Assembly (NCBI GenBank): GCA_964016885.1
Contig: CAXHJY010000096.1
Coordinates: 310,001 to 374,000, forward strand
DNA from: Eledone cirrhosa
Lineage: Eukaryota
Length of the DNA stretch: 64,000 bases
Reading direction: 5' to 3'
Positions 39,501 to 54,500 of the stretch are shown here, one piece after another; position 1 is the first letter of the stretch, and each line of letters opens with the position of its first letter. The notes under the pieces were generated by a model. The model did not search any database and was not told the DNA's origin. It saw only the letters and a program-made list of their open reading frames with translations. A program made the position numbers and the translations under genes.

Positions 39501-42500
39501 TAAAAAAATCAAGGGGAGATAATTTCCAGCCGTCCAAGGGGAGATAATTTTCAGCCGTCCAAGGAGAGGTAATTTCTAGCCGTCCAAGGGGAGATAATTT
39601 CCAGCCGTCCAAGGGGAGATAATTTCCAGCCGTCCAACGGGAGATAATTTTTAAAAAAAAATCAGGCGGAGATAATTTGTAAACAAAAATCAGGGGGAGA
39701 TAATTTGTAAAAAAAAATCAGGGGGAGATAATTTGTAAAAAAAAATCAGGGGGAGATAATTTGTAAAAAAAATCAAGGGGAGATAATTTCCAGCCGTCCA
39801 AGGGGAGGTAATATCTAGCCATCCAAGGGGAGATAATTTCCAGCCGTCCAAGGGGAGATAATTTCCAGCCGTCCAAGGGGAGATAATTTCCAGCCGTCCA
39901 AGGAGACATATTTTCCAGCCGTCCAAGGAGAGGTAATTTCTAGCCGTCCAAGGGGAGATAAATTCCAGCCTCCAAGGGGAGATAATTTCCAGCCAGCCAA
40001 GGGGAGATAATTTGTAAAAAAATCAGGGGGAGATAATTTGTAAAAAAAATCAGGGGGAGATAATTTGTAACAAAAAATCAGGGGGAGATAATTTGTAAAA
40101 AAAAATCAGGGGGAGATAATTTGTAAAAAAAATCAGGGGGAGATAATTTGTAAAGAAAATCAAGGGGAGTTAATTTCCAGCCGTCCAAGGGGAGATAATT
40201 TTCATCCGTCCAAGGATAGGTAATTTCTAGCCGTCCAAGGAGAGATAATTTCCAGCCGTCCAAGGGGAGATAATTTCCAGCCGTCCAAGGGGAGATAATT
40301 TTTTTTAAAAAATCAGGCGGAGATAAGTTGTAAAAAAAATCAGGGGGAGATAATTTGTAAAAAAAAATCAGGGGGAGATAATTTGTAAAAAAAAATCAGG
40401 GGGAGATAATTTGTAAAAAAAATCAAGAGAAGATAATTTCCAGCCGTCCAAGGGAAGATAATTTCCAGCCCTCCAAGGGGCTATAATTTCCAGCGTCCAA
40501 GGGGAGATAATTTCCAGCCAGCGAAGGGGAGATAATTTTAAAAAAAAAATCAGTGGGAGATTTGTAAAAAAAATCAGGGGGAGATAATTTGTAAAAAAAA
40601 TCAAGGGGAGATAATTTCCAGCCGTCCAAAGAGAGATAATTTCTAGCCGTCCAAGAGGAGATAATTTCCAGCCAAGGGGAGATAATTTCCAGCCGTCCAA
40701 GGGAAGATAATATTTAAAAAAATCAGGCGGAGATAATTTGTAAAAAAAATCAGGGGGAGATAATTTGTAAAAAAATCAGGGGGAGATAATTTGTAAAAGA
40801 AAAATCAGGGGGAGATAATTTGTAAAAAAAATCAGGGGGAGATAATTTGTAAAAAAAATCAGGGGTAGATAATTTGTAAAAAAAAATCAGGGGGAGATAA
40901 TTTGTAAAAAAAAATCAGGGGGAGATAATTTGTAAAAAAAATCAGGGGGAGATAATTTGTAAAAAAAAATCAGGGGGAGATAATTTGTAAAAAAAATCAA
41001 GGGGAGATAATTTGCAGCCGTCCAAGGGGAGATAATTTTCAGCCGTCCAAGGAGAGATAATTTCTAGCCGTCCAAGGGGAGATAATTTCCAGCCGTCCAA
41101 GGGGAGATAATTTCCAGCCGTCCAAGGGGAGATAATTTTTTTAAAAAAATCAGGCGGAGATAATTTGTATAAAAAAAATCAGGGGGAGATAATTTGTAAA
41201 AAAAAATCAGGGGGAGATAATTTGTAAAAAAAAATCAGGGGGAGATAATTTGTAAAAAAAATCAAGGGGAGATAATTTCCAGCCGTCCAAGGGAAGATAA
41301 TTTCCAGCCGTCCAAGGGAAGATAATTTCCAGCCCTCCAAGGGGCTATAATTTCCAGCGTCCAAGGGGAGATAATTTTTTTTTTAAAAATCAGGGGGAGA
41401 TAATTTGTAAAAAAAATCAGGGGGAGATAATTTGTAAAAAAAATCAAGGGGAGATAATTTCCAGCCGTCCAAAGAGAGATAATTTCTAGCCGTCCAAGGG
41501 GAGATAATTTCCAGCCAAGGGGAGATAATTTCCAGCCGTCCAAGGGGAGATAATTTTTAAAAAAATCAGGTGGAGATAATTTGTAAAAATAATCAGGGGA
41601 AGATAATTTGTAAAAACAAAATCAAGGGCAGATAATTTCCAGCCGTCCAAGGGGAGATAATTTCCAGCAGTGCAAGGGGAGATAATTTCCAGCCGTCCAA
41701 GGGGAGATAATTTCCAACCTTCCAAGGGGAGATAATTTCCAGCCGTCCAAGGATAGATAATTTCCCGCCAGCCAAGGAGAGATAATATTTAAAAAAATCA
41801 GGCGGAGATAATTTGTAAAAAAAATCAGGGGGAGATAATTTGTAAAAAAAATCAGGTGGAGATAATTTGTAAAAAAAATCAGGGGTAGATAATTTGTAAA
41901 AAAAAATCAGGGGGAGATAATTTGTAAAAAAAAAATCAGGGGGAGATAATTTGTAAAAAAATCAAGGGGAGATAATTTCCAGCCGTCCAAGGGGAGATAA
42001 TTTTCAGCCGTCCAAGGAGAGGTAATTTCTAGCCGTCCAAGGGGAGATAATTTCCAGCCGTCCAAGGGGAGATAATTTAAAAAAAAAAATCAGGCGGAGA
42101 TAATTTGTAAACAAAAATCAGGGGGAGATAATTTGTAAAAAGAAATCAGGGGGAGATAACTTGTAAAAAAAATCAGGGGGAGATAATTTGTAAAAAAAAT
42201 CAAGGGGAGATAATTTCCAGCCGTCCAAGGGGAGGTAATATCTAGCCATCCAAGGGGAGATAATTTCCAGCCGTCCAAGGGGAGATAATTTCCAGCCGTC
42301 CAAGGGGAGATAATTTCCAGCCGTCCAAGGAGACATATTTTCCAGCCGTCCAAGGAGAGGTAATTTCTAGCCGTCCAAGGGGAGATAAATTCCAGCCTCC
42401 AAGGGGAGATAATTTCCAGCCAGCCAAGGGGAGATAATTTGTAAAAAAATCAGGGGGAGATAATTTGTAAAAAAAATCAGGGGGAGATAATTTGTAAAAA

Positions 42501-45500
42501 AAAATCAGGGGGAGATAATTTGTAAAAAAAAATCAGGGGGAGATAATTTGTAAAAAAAATCAAGGGGAGATAATTTCCAGACGTCCAAGGGGAGATAATT
42601 TTCAGCCGTCCAAGGAGAGGTAATTTCTAGCCGTCCAAGGAGAGATAATTTCCAGCCGTCCAAGGGGAGATAATTTCCAGCCGTCCAAGGGGAGATAATT
42701 TTTAAAAAAAAATCAGGCGGAGATAAGTTGTAAAAAAAAATCAGGGGGAGATAATTTGTAAAAAAAAATCAGGGGGAGATAATTTGTAAAAAAAAATCAG
42801 GGGGAGATAATTTGTAAAAAAAATCAAGGGGAGATAATTTCCAGCCGTCCAAGGGAAGATAATTTCCAGCCGTCCAAGGGGAGATAATTTCTAGCCGTCC
42901 AAGGGGAGATAATTTTTAAAAAAAAATCAGGCGGAGATAAGTTGTAAAAAAAATCAGGGGGAGATAATTTGTAAAAAAAATCAGGGGGAGATAATTTGTA
43001 AAAAAATCAAGGGGAGATAATTTCCAGCCGTCCAAGGGGAGATAATTTTCAGCCGTCCAAGGAGAGGTAATTTCTAGCCGTCCAAGGGGAGATAATTTCC
43101 AGCCGTCCAAGGGGAGATAATTTCCAGCCGTCTAAGGGGAGATAATATTTTTAAAAAAATCAGGCGGAGATAATTTGTAAACAAAAATCAGGGGGAGATA
43201 ATTTGTAAAAAAAAATCAGGGGGAGATAATTTGTAAAAAAAAATCAGGGGGAGATAATTTGTAAAAAAAATCAAGGGGAGATAATTTCCAGCCGTCCAAG
43301 GGGAGGTAATATCTAGCCATCCAAGGGGAGATAATTTCCAGCCGTCCAAGGGGAGATAATTTCCAGCCGTCCAAGGGGAGATAATTTCCAGCCGTCCAAG
43401 GAGACATATTTTCCAGCCGTCCAAGGAGAGGTAATTTCTAGCCGTCCAAGGGGAGATAAATTCCAGCCTCCAAGGGGAGATAATTTCCAGCCAGCCAAGG
43501 GGAGATAATTTGTAAAAAAAATCAGGGGGAGATAATTTGTAAAAAAAAATCAGGGGGAGATAATTTGTAAAAAAAAATCAGGGGGAGATAATTTGTAAAA
43601 AAAATCAGGGGGAGATAATTTGTAAAAAAAATCAAGGGGAGTTAATTTCCAGCCGTCCAAGGGGAGATAATTTTCATCCGTCCAAGGATAGTTAATTTCT
43701 AGCCGTCCAAGGAGAGATAATTTCCAGCCGTCCAAGGGGAGATAATTTCCAGCCGTCCAAGGGGAGATAATTTTTTTAAAAAAATCAGGCGGAGATAAGT
43801 TGTAAAAAAAAATCAGGGGGAGATAATTTGTAAAACAAAATCAGGGGGAGATAATTTGTAAAAAAAAATCAGGGGGAGATAATTTGTAAAAAAAATCAAG
43901 AGAAGATAATTTCCAGCCGTCCAAGGGAAGATAATTTCCAGCCCTCCAAGGGGCTATAATTTCCAGCGTCCAAGGGGAGATAATTTCCAGCCAGCGAAGG
44001 GGAGATAATTTTTTAAAAAAAATCACTGGGAGATTTGTAAAAAAAATCAGGGGGAGATAATTTGTAAAAAAAAATCAGGGGGAGATAATTTGTAAAAAAA
44101 ATCAAGGGGAGATAATTTCCAGCCGTCCAAGGGAAGATAATTTCCAGCCGTCCAAGGGAAGATAATTTCCAGGCCTCCAAGGGGCTATAATTTCCAGCGT
44201 CCAAGGGGAGATAATTTTTTTTTTTAAAATCAGGGGGAGATAATTTGTAAAAAAATCAGGGGGAGATAATTTGTAAAAAAAATCAAGGGGAGATAATTTC
44301 CAGCCAAGGGGAGATAATTTCCAGCCGTCCAAGGGGAGATAATTTTTAAAAAAATCAGATGGAGATAATTTGTAAAAATAATCAGGGGAAGATAATTTGT
44401 AAAAACAAAATCAAGGGCAGATAATTTCCAGCCGTCCAAGGGGAGATAATTTCCAGCAGTGCAAGGGGAGATAATTTCCAGCCGTCCAAGGGGAGATAAT
44501 TTCCAACCTTCCAAGGGGAGATAATATTTAAAAAAATCAGGCGGAGATAATTTGTAAAAAAAATCAGGGGGAGATAATTTGTAAAAAAAATCAGGGGGAG
44601 ATAATTTGTAAAAAAAAATCAGGGGTAGATAATTTGTAAAAAAAAATCAGGGGGAGATAATTTGTAAAAAAAAAATCAGGGGGAGATAATTTGTAAAAAA
44701 ATCAAGGGGAGATAATTTCCAGCCGTCCAAGGGGAGATAATTTTCAGCCGTCCAAGGAGAGGTAATTTCTAGCCGTCCAAGGGGAGATAATTTCCAGCCG
44801 TCCAAGGGGAGATAATTTTTTAAAAAAAATCAGGCGGAGATAATTTGTAAACAAAAATCAGGGGGAGATAATTTGTAAAAAGAAATCAGGGGGAGATAAC
44901 TTGTAAAAAAAATCAGGGGGAGATAATTTGTAAAAAAAATCAAGGGGAGATAATTTCCAGCCGTCCAAGGGGAGGTAATATCTAGCCATCCAAGGGGAGA
45001 TAATTTCCAGCCGTCCAAGGGGAGATAATTTCCAGCCGTCCAAGGGGAGATAATTTCCAGCCGTCCAAGGAGACATATTTTCCAGCCATCCAAGGAGAGG
45101 TAATTTCTAGCCGTCCAAGGGGAGATAAATTCCAGCCTCCAAGGGGAGATAATTTCCAGCCAGCCAAGGGGAGATAATTTGTAAAAAAATCAGGGGGAGA
45201 TAATTTGTAAAAAAAAATCAGGGGGAGATAATTTGTAAAAAAAATCAGGGGGAGATAATTTGTAAAAAAAAATCAGGGGGAGATAATTTGTAAAAAAAAT
45301 CAAGGGGAGATAATTTCCAGACGTCCAAGGGGAGATAATTTCCAGCCGTCCAAGGGGAGATAATTTTTTAAAAAAAATCAGGCGGAGATAAGTTGTAAAA
45401 AAAAATCAGGGGGAGATAATTTGTAAAAAAAAATCAGGGGGAGATAATTTGTAAAAAAAAATCAGGGGGAGATAATTTGTAAAAAAAATCAAGGGGAGAT

Positions 45501-48500
45501 AATTTCCAGCCGTCCAAGGGAAGATAATTTCCAGCCGTCCAAGGGGAGATAATTTCTAGCCGTCCAAGGGGAGATAATTTTTTAAAAAAAATCAGGCGGA
45601 GATAAGTTGTAAAAAAAATCAGGGGGAGATAATTTGTAAAAAAAATCAGGGGGAGATAATTTGTAAAAAAAAATCAGGGGGAGATAATTTGTAAAAAAAA
45701 ATCAGGGGGAGATAATTTGTAAAAAAAATCAAGGGGAGATAATTTCCAGCCGTCCAAGGGGAGGTAATATCTAGCCATCCAAGGGGAGATAATTTCCAGC
45801 CGTCCAAGGGGAGATAATTTCCAGCCGTCCAAGGGGAGATAATTTGTAAAAAAATCAGGGGGAGATAATTTGTAAAAAAAATCAGGGGGAGATAATTTGT
45901 AAAAAAAAATCAGGGGGAGATAATTTGTAAAAAAAAATCAGGGGAGATAATTTGTAAAAAAAATCAGGGGGAGATAATTTGTAAAAAAAATCAAGGGGAG
46001 ATAATTTCCAGCCGTCCAAGGGGAGATAATTTTCAATTGTCCAAGGAGAGGTAATTTCTAGCCGTCCAAGGAGAGATAATTTCCAGCCGTCCAAGGGGAG
46101 ATAATTTCCAGCCGTCCAAGGGGAGATGATTTTTTAAAAAAAATCAGGCGGAGATAAGTTGTAAAAAAAAATCAGGGGGAGATAATTTGTAAAAAAAAAT
46201 CAGGGGGAGATAATTTGTAAAAAAAAATCAGGGGGAGATAATTTGTAAAAAAAATCAAGGGGAGATAATTTCCAGCCGTCCAAGGGAAGATAATTTCCAG
46301 CCCTCCAAGGGGCTATAATTTCCAGCGTCCAAGGGGAGATAATTTCCAGCCAGCGAAGGGGAGATAATTTTTTTAAAAAAATCACTGGGATATTTGTAAA
46401 AAAAATCAGGGGGAGATAATTTGTAAAAAAAATCAAGGGGAGATAATTTCCAGCCGTCCAAAGAGAGATAATTTCTAGCCGTCCAAGGGGAGATAATTTC
46501 CAGCCTTCCAAGGGGAGATAATTTTTAAAAAAATCAGGTGGAGATAATTTGTAAAAAAAATCAGTGGAAGATAATTTGTAAAAAGAAAATCAAGGGCAGA
46601 TAATTTCCAGCCGTCCAAGGGGAGATAATTTCCCGCCAGCCAAGGGAAGATAATATTTAAAAAAATCAGGCGGAGATAATTTGTAAAAAAAATCAGGGGG
46701 AGATAATTTGTAAAAAAATCAGGGGGAGATAATTTGTAAAAGAAAAATCAGGGGGAGATAATTTGTAAAAAGAAAATCAAGGGGAGATAATTTCCAGCCG
46801 TCCAAGGGGAGATAATTTCCCGCCAGCCAAGGAGAGATAATATTTAAAAAAATCAGGCGGAGATAATTTGTAAAAAAAATCAGGGGGAGATAATTTGTAA
46901 AAAAAATCAGGGGGAGATAATTTGTAAAAAAAATCAGGGGGAGATAATTTGTAAAAAAAAAATCAGGGGGAGATAATTTGTAAAAAAATCAAGGGGAGAT
47001 AATTTCCAGCCGTCCAAGGGGAGATAATTTTCAGCCGTCCAAGGAGAGGTAATTTCTAGCCGTCCAAGGGGAGATAATTTCCAGCCGTCCAAGGGGAGAT
47101 AATTTCCAGCCGTCCAACGGGAGATAATTTTTAAAAAAAAATCAGGCGGAGATAATTTGTAAACAAAAATCAGGGGGAGATAATTTGTAAAAAAAAATCA
47201 GGGGGAGATAATTTGTAAAAAAAAATCAGGGGGAGATAATTTGTAAAAAAAATCAAGGGGAGATAATTTCCAGCCGTCCAAGGGGAGGTAATATCTAGCC
47301 ATCCAAGGGGAGATAATTTCCAGCCGTCCAAGGGGAGATAATTTCCAGCCGTCCAAGGGGAGATAATTTCCAGCCGTCCAAGGAGACATATTTTCCAGCC
47401 GTCCAAGGAGAGGTAATTTCTAGCCGTCCAAGGGGAGATAAATTCCAGCCTCCAAGGGGAGATAATTTCCAGCCAGCCAAGGGGAGATAATTTGTAAAAA
47501 AATCAGGGGGAGATAATTTGTAAAAAAAATCAGGGGGAGATAATTTGTAACAAAAAATCAGGGGGAGATAATTTGTAAAAAAAAATCAGGGGGAGATAAT
47601 TTGTAAAAAAAATCAGGGGGAGATAATTTGTAAAGAAAATCAAGGGGAGTTAATTTCCAGCCGTCCAAGGGGAGATAATTTTCATCCGTCCAAGGATAGG
47701 TAATTTCTAGCCGTCCAAGGAGAGATAATTTCCAGCCGTCCAAGGGGAGATAATTTCCAGCCGTCCAAGGGGAGATAATTTTTTTTAAAAAATCAGGCGG
47801 AGATAAGTTGTAAAAAAAATCAGGGGGAGATAATTTGTAAAAAAAAATCAGGGGGAGATAATTTGTAAAAAAAAATCAGGGGGAGATAATTTGTAAAAAA
47901 AATCAAGAGAAGATAATTTCCAGCCGTCCAAGGGAAGATAATTTCCAGCCCTCCAAGGGGCTATAATTTCCAGCGTCCAAGGGGAGATAATTTCCAGCCA
48001 GCGAAGGGGAGATAATTTTAAAAAAAAAATCAGTGGGAGATTTGTAAAAAAAATCAGGGGGAGATAATTTGTAAAAAAAATCAAGGGGAGATAATTTCCA
48101 GCCGTCCAAAGAGAGATAATTTCTAGCCGTCCAAGAGGAGATAATTTCCAGCCAAGGGGAGATAATTTCCAGCCGTCCAAGGGAAGATAATATTTAAAAA
48201 AATCAGGCGGAGATAATTTGTAAAAAAAATCAGGGGGAGATAATTTGTAAAAAAATCAGGGGGAGATAATTTGTAAAAGAAAAATCAGGGGGAGATAATT
48301 TGTAAAAAAAATCAGGGGGAGATAATTTGTAAAAAAAATCAGGGGTAGATAATTTGTAAAAAAAAATCAGGGGGAGATAATTTGTAAAAAAAAATCAGGG
48401 GGAGATAATTTGTAAAAAAAATCAGGGGGAGATAATTTGTAAAAAAAAATCAGGGGGAGATAATTTGTAAAAAAAATCAAGGGGAGATAATTTGCAGCCG

Positions 48501-51500
48501 TCCAAGGGGAGATAATTTTCAGCCGTCCAAGGAGAGATAATTTCTAGCCGTCCAAGGGGAGATAATTTCCAGCCGTCCAAGGGGAGATAATTTCCAGCCG
48601 TCCAAGGGGAGATAATTTTTTTAAAAAAATCAGGCGGAGATAATTTGTATAAAAAAAATCAGGGGGAGATAATTTGTAAAAAAAAATCAGGGGGAGATAA
48701 TTTGTAAAAAAAAATCAGGGGGAGATAATTTGTAAAAAAAATCAAGGGGAGATAATTTCCAGCCGTCCAAGGGAAGATAATTTCCAGCCGTCCAAGGGAA
48801 GATAATTTCCAGCCCTCCAAGGGGCTATAATTTCCAGCGTCCAAGGGGAGATAATTTTTTTTTTAAAAATCAGGGGGAGATAATTTGTAAAAAAAATCAG
48901 GGGGAGATAATTTGTAAAAAAAATCAAGGGGAGATAATTTCCAGCCGTCCAAAGAGAGATAATTTCTAGCCGTCCAAGGGGAGATAATTTCCAGCCAAGG
49001 GGAGATAATTTCCAGCCGTCCAAGGGGAGATAATTTTTAAAAAAATCAGGTGGAGATAATTTGTAAAAATAATCAGGGGAAGATAATTTGTAAAAACAAA
49101 ATCAAGGGCAGATAATTTCCAGCCGTCCAAGGGGAGATAATTTCCAGCAGTGCAAGGGGAGATAATTTCCAGCCGTCCAAGGGGAGATAATTTCCAACCT
49201 TCCAAGGGGAGATAATTTCCAGCCGTCCAAGGATAGATAATTTCCCGCCAGCCAAGGAGAGATAATATTTAAAAAAATCAGGCGGAGATAATTTGTAAAA
49301 AAAATCAGGGGGAGATAATTTGTAAAAAAAATCAGGTGGAGATAATTTGTAAAAAAAAATCAGGGGTAGATAATTTGTAAAAAAAAATCAGGGGGAGATA
49401 ATTTGTAAAAAAAAAATCAGGGGGAGATAATTTGTAAAAAAATCAAGGGGAGATAATTTCCAGCCGTCCAAGGGGAGATAATTTTCAGCCGTCCAAGGAG
49501 AGGTAATTTCTAGCCGTCCAAGGGGAGATAATTTCCAGCCGTCCAAGGGGAGATAATTTAAAAAAAAAAATCAGGCGGAGATAATTTGTAAACAAAAATC
49601 AGGGGGAGATAATTTGTAAAAAGAAATCAGGGGGAGATAACTTGTAAAAAAAATCAGGGGGAGATAATTTGTAAAAAAAATCAAGGGGAGATAATTTCCA
49701 GCCGTCCAAGGGGAGGTAATATCTAGCCATCCAAGGGGAGATAATTTCCAGCCGTCCAAGGGGAGATAATTTCCAGCCGTCCAAGGGGAGATAATTTCCA
49801 GCCGTCCAAGGAGACATATTTTCCAGCCGTCCAAGGAGAGGTAATTTCTAGCCGTCCAAGGGGAGATAAATTCCAGCCTCCAAGGGGAGATAATTTCCAG
49901 CCAGCCAAGGGGAGATAATTTGTAAAAAAATCAGGGGGAGATAATTTGTAAAAAAAATCAGGGGGAGATAATTTGTAAAAAAAAATCAGGGGGAGATAAT
50001 TTGTAAAAAAAAATCAGGGGGAGATAATTTGTAAAAAAAATCAAGGGGAGATAATTTCCAGACGTCCAAGGGGAGATAATTTTCAGCCGTCCAAGGAGAG
50101 GTAATTTCTAGCCGTCCAAGGAGAGATAATTTCCAGCCGTCCAAGGGGAGATAATTTCCAGCCGTCCAAGGGGAGATAATTTTTTAAAAAAAATCAGGCG
50201 GAGATAAGTTGTAAAAAAAAATCAGGGGGAGATAATTTGTAAAAAAAAATCAGGGGGAGATAATTTGTAAAAAAAAATCAGGGGGAGATAATTTGTAAAA
50301 AAAATCAAGGGGAGATAATTTCCAGCCGTCCAAGGGAAGATAATTTCCAGCCGTCCAAGGGGAGATAATTTCTAGCCGTCCAAGGGGAGATAATTTTTAA
50401 AAAAAAATCAGGCGGAGATAAGTTGTAAAAAAAATCAGGGGGAGATAATTTGTAAAAAAAATCAGGGGGAGATAATTTGTAAAAAAATCAAGGGGAGATA
50501 ATTTCCAGCCGTCCAAGGGGAGATAATTTTCAGCCGTCCAAGGAGAGGTAATTTCTAGCCGTCCAAGGGGAGATAATTTCCAGCCGTCCAAGGGGAGATA
50601 ATTTCCAGCCGTCTAAGGGGAGATAATATTTTTAAAAAAATCAGGCGGAGATAATTTGTAAACAAAAATCAGGGGGAGATAATTTGTAAAAAAAATCAGG
50701 GGGAGATAATTTGTAAAAAAAAATCAGGGGGAGATAATTTGTAAAAAAAATCAAGGGGAGATAATTTCCAGCCGTCCAAGGGGAGGTAATATCTAGCCAT
50801 CCAAGGGGAGATAATTTCCAGCCGTCCAAGGGGAGATAATTTCCAGCCGTCCAAGGGGAGATAATTTCCAGCCGTCCAAGGAGACATATTTTCCAGCCGT
50901 CCAAGGAGAGGTAATTTCTAGCCGTCCAAGGGGAGATAAATTCCAGCCTCCAAGGGGAGATAATTTCCAGCCAGCCAAGGGGAGATAATTTGTAAAAAAA
51001 ATCAGGGGGAGATAATTTGTAAAAAAAAATCAGGGGGAGATAATTTGTAAAAAAAAATCAGGGGGAGATAATTTGTAAAAAAAATCAGGGGGAGATAATT
51101 TGTAAAAAAAATCAAGGGGAGTTAATTTCCAGCCGTCCAAGGGGAGATAATTTTCATCCGTCCAAGGATAGTTAATTTCTAGCCGTCCAAGGAGAGATAA
51201 TTTCCAGCCGTCCAAGGGGAGATAATTTCCAGCCGTCCAAGGGGAGATAATTTTTTTAAAAAAATCAGGCGGAGATAAGTTGTAAAAAAAAATCAGGGGG
51301 AGATAATTTGTAAAACAAAATCAGGGGGAGATAATTTGTAAAAAAAAATCAGGGGGAGATAATTTGTAAAAAAAATCAAGAGAAGATAATTTCCAGCCGT
51401 CCAAGGGAAGATAATTTCCAGCCCTCCAAGGGGCTATAATTTCCAGCGTCCAAGGGGAGATAATTTCCAGCCAGCGAAGGGGAGATAATTTTTTAAAAAA

Positions 51501-51550
51501 AATCACTGGGAGATTTGTAAAAAAAATCAGGGGGAGATAATTTGTAAAAA
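36560..51550 (+). repeat. Near-identical tandem segmental duplication, period 7,480 bp (copy 1 ~36560-44040, copy 2 ~44040-51550)
   Basis: Constant offset of 7480-7481 across paired ORFs (36622/44102, 37350/44830, 38402/45882, 39690/47170, 41179/48659, 42090/49571, 43550/51030). Shared private variants: TCAGATGG (~36875/44355), GGATAGTTAA (~43686/51166) and CAGCCATCCAAGGAGAGG (~37603/45083). Confidence 0.92.
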
Positions 51551-54500
51551 AAATCAAGGGGAGATAATTTCCAGCCGTCCAAAGAGAGATAATTTCTAGC
51601 CGTCCAAGGGGAGATAATTTCCAGCCAAGGGGAGATAATTTCCAGCCGTCCAAGGGAAGATAATATTTAAAAAAATCAGGCGGAGATAATTTGTAAAAAA
51701 AATCAGGGGGAGATAATTTGTAAAAAAATCAGGGGGAGATAATTTGTAAAAGAAAAATCAGGGGGAGATAATTTGTAAAAAAAATCAGGGGGAGATAATT
51801 TGTAAAAAAATCAGGGGTAGATAATTTGTAAAAAAACATCAGGGGGAGATAATTTGTAAAAAAAAATCAGGGGGAGATAATTTGTAAAAAAAATCAGGGG
51901 GAGATAATTTGTAAAAAAAAATCAGGGGGAGATAATTTGTAAAAAAAATCAAGGGGAGATAATTTGCAGCCGTCCAAGGGGAGATAATTTTCAGCCGTCC
52001 AAGGAGAGATAATTTCTAGCCGTCCAAGGGGAGATAATTTCCAGCCGTCCAAGGGGAGATAATTTCCATCCTTCCAAGGGGAGATAATTTCCCGCCAGCC
52101 AAGGAGAGATAATATTTAAAAAAATCAGGCGTAGATAATTTGTAAAAAAAATCAGGGGGAGATAATTTGTAAAAAAAAAATCAGGGGGAGATAATTTGTA
52201 AAAAAATCAAGGGGAGATAATTTCCAGCCGTCCAAGGGGAGATAATTTTCAGCCGTCCAAGGAGAGGTAATTTCCAGCCGTCCAAGGGGAGATAATTTCC
52301 AGCCGTCCAAGGAGACATATTTTCCAGCCGTCCAAGGAGAGGTAATTTCTAGCCGTCCAAGGGGAGATAAATTCCAGCCTCCAAGGGGAGATAATTTCCA
52401 GCCAGCCAAGGGGAGATAATTTGTAAAAAAATCAGGGGGAGATAGTTTGTAAAAAAAATCAGGGGGAGATAATTTGTAAAAAAAAATCAGGGGGAGAATT
52501 GTAAAAAAAATCAGAGGGAGATAATTTGTAAAAAAAATCAAAGAGAGATAATTTCCAGCCATCCAAAGAGAGATAATTTCTAGCCGTCCAAGGGGAGATA
52601 ATTTCCAGCCAAGGGGAGATAATTTCCAGCCGTGCAAGGGGAGATAATTTCCAGCCGTCCAAGGGGAGATAATTTCCATCCTTCCAAGGGGAGATAATTT
52701 CCAGCCGTCCAAGGGGAGATAATTTCCCGCCAGCCAAGGGAAGATAATTTTTAAAAAAATCAGGCGGAGATTGTAAAAAAAATCAGGGGGAGATAATTTG
52801 TAAAAAAATCAGGGGGAGATAATTTGTAAAAAAAAATCAGGGGGAGATAATTTGTAAAAAAAAATCAGGGGGAGATAATTTGTAAAAAAAAATCAGGGGA
52901 GATAATTTGCAAAAAAAATCAGGGGGAGATAATTTGTAAAAAAAAATCAGGGGGAGATAATTTTTAAAAAAAATCAAGCGGAGATAATTTGCAGCCGTCC
53001 AAGGGGAGATAATTTCCCGCCAGCCAAGGAGAGATAATATTTAAAAAAATCAGGCGGAGATAATTTGTAAAAAAAATCAGGGGGAGATAATTTGTAAAAA
53101 AAATCAGGGGGAGATAATTTGTAAAAAAAATCAGGGGGAGATAATTTGTAAAAAAAATCAGGGGGAGATAATTTGTAAAAAAAAATCAGGGTGAGATAAT
53201 TTGTAAAAAAATCAAGGGGAGATAATTTCCAGCCGTCCAAGGGGAGATAATTTTCAGCCGTCCAAGGAGAGGTAATTTCTAGCCGTCCAAGGGGAGATAA
53301 TTTCCAGCCGTCCAAGGGGAGATAATTTCCAGCCGTCCAAGTGGAGATAATTTCCAGCCGTCCAAGGAGACATATTTTCCAGCCGTCCAAGGAGAGGTAA
53401 TTTCTAGCCGTCCAAGGGGAGATAAATTCCTGCCTCCAAGGGGAGATAATTTCCAGCCAGCCAAGGGGAGATAATTTGTAAAAAAATCAGGGGGAGATAA
53501 TTTGTAAAAAAAATCAGGGGGAGATAATTTGTAAAAAAAAATCAGGGGGAGATAATTTGTAAAAAAAAATCAGGGGAGATAATTTGTAAAAAAAATCAGG
53601 GGGAGATAATTTGTAAAAAAAATCAAGGGGAGATAATTTCCAGCCGTCCAAGGGGAGATAATTTTCAATTGTCCAAGGAGAGGTAATTTCTAGCCGTCCA
53701 AGGAGAGATAATTTCCAGCCGTCCAAGGGGAGATAATTTCCAGCCGTCCAAGGGGAGATGATTTTTTTAAAAAAATCAGGCGGAGATAAGTTGTAAAAAA
53801 AAATCAGGGGGAGATAATTTGTAAAAAAAAATCAGGGGGAGATAATTTGTAAAAAAAAATCAGGGGGAGATAATTTGTAAAAAAAATCAAGGGGAGATAA
53901 TTTCCAGCCGTCCAAGGGAAGATAATTTCCAGCCCTCCAAGGGGCTATAATTTCCAGCGTCCAAGGGGAGATAATTTCCAGCCAGCGAAGGGGAGATAAT
54001 TTTTTAAAAAAATCACTGGGATATTTGTAAAAAAAATCAGGGGGAGATAATTTGTAAAAAAAATCAAGGGGAGATAATTTCCAGCCGTCCAAAGAGAGAT
54101 AATTTCTAGCCATCCAAGGAGAGATAATTTCCAGCCTTCCAAGGGGAGATAATTTTTTAAAAAATCAGGTGGAGATAATTTGTAAAAAAAATCAGTGGAA
54201 GATAATTTGTAAAAAGAAAATCAAGGGCAGATAATTTCCAGCCGTCCAAGGGGAGATAATTTCCCGCCAGCCAAGGGAAGATAATATTTAAAAAAATCAG
54301 GCGGAGATAATTTGTAAAAAAAATCAGGGGGAGATAATTTGTAAAAAAATCAGGGGGAGATAATTTGTAAAAGAAAAATCAGGGGGAGATAATTTGTAAA
54401 AAGAAAATCAAGGGGAGATAATTTCCAGCCGTCCAAGGGGAGATAATTTCCCGCCAGCCAAGGAGAGATATTTAAAAAAATCAGGCGGAGATAATTTGTA

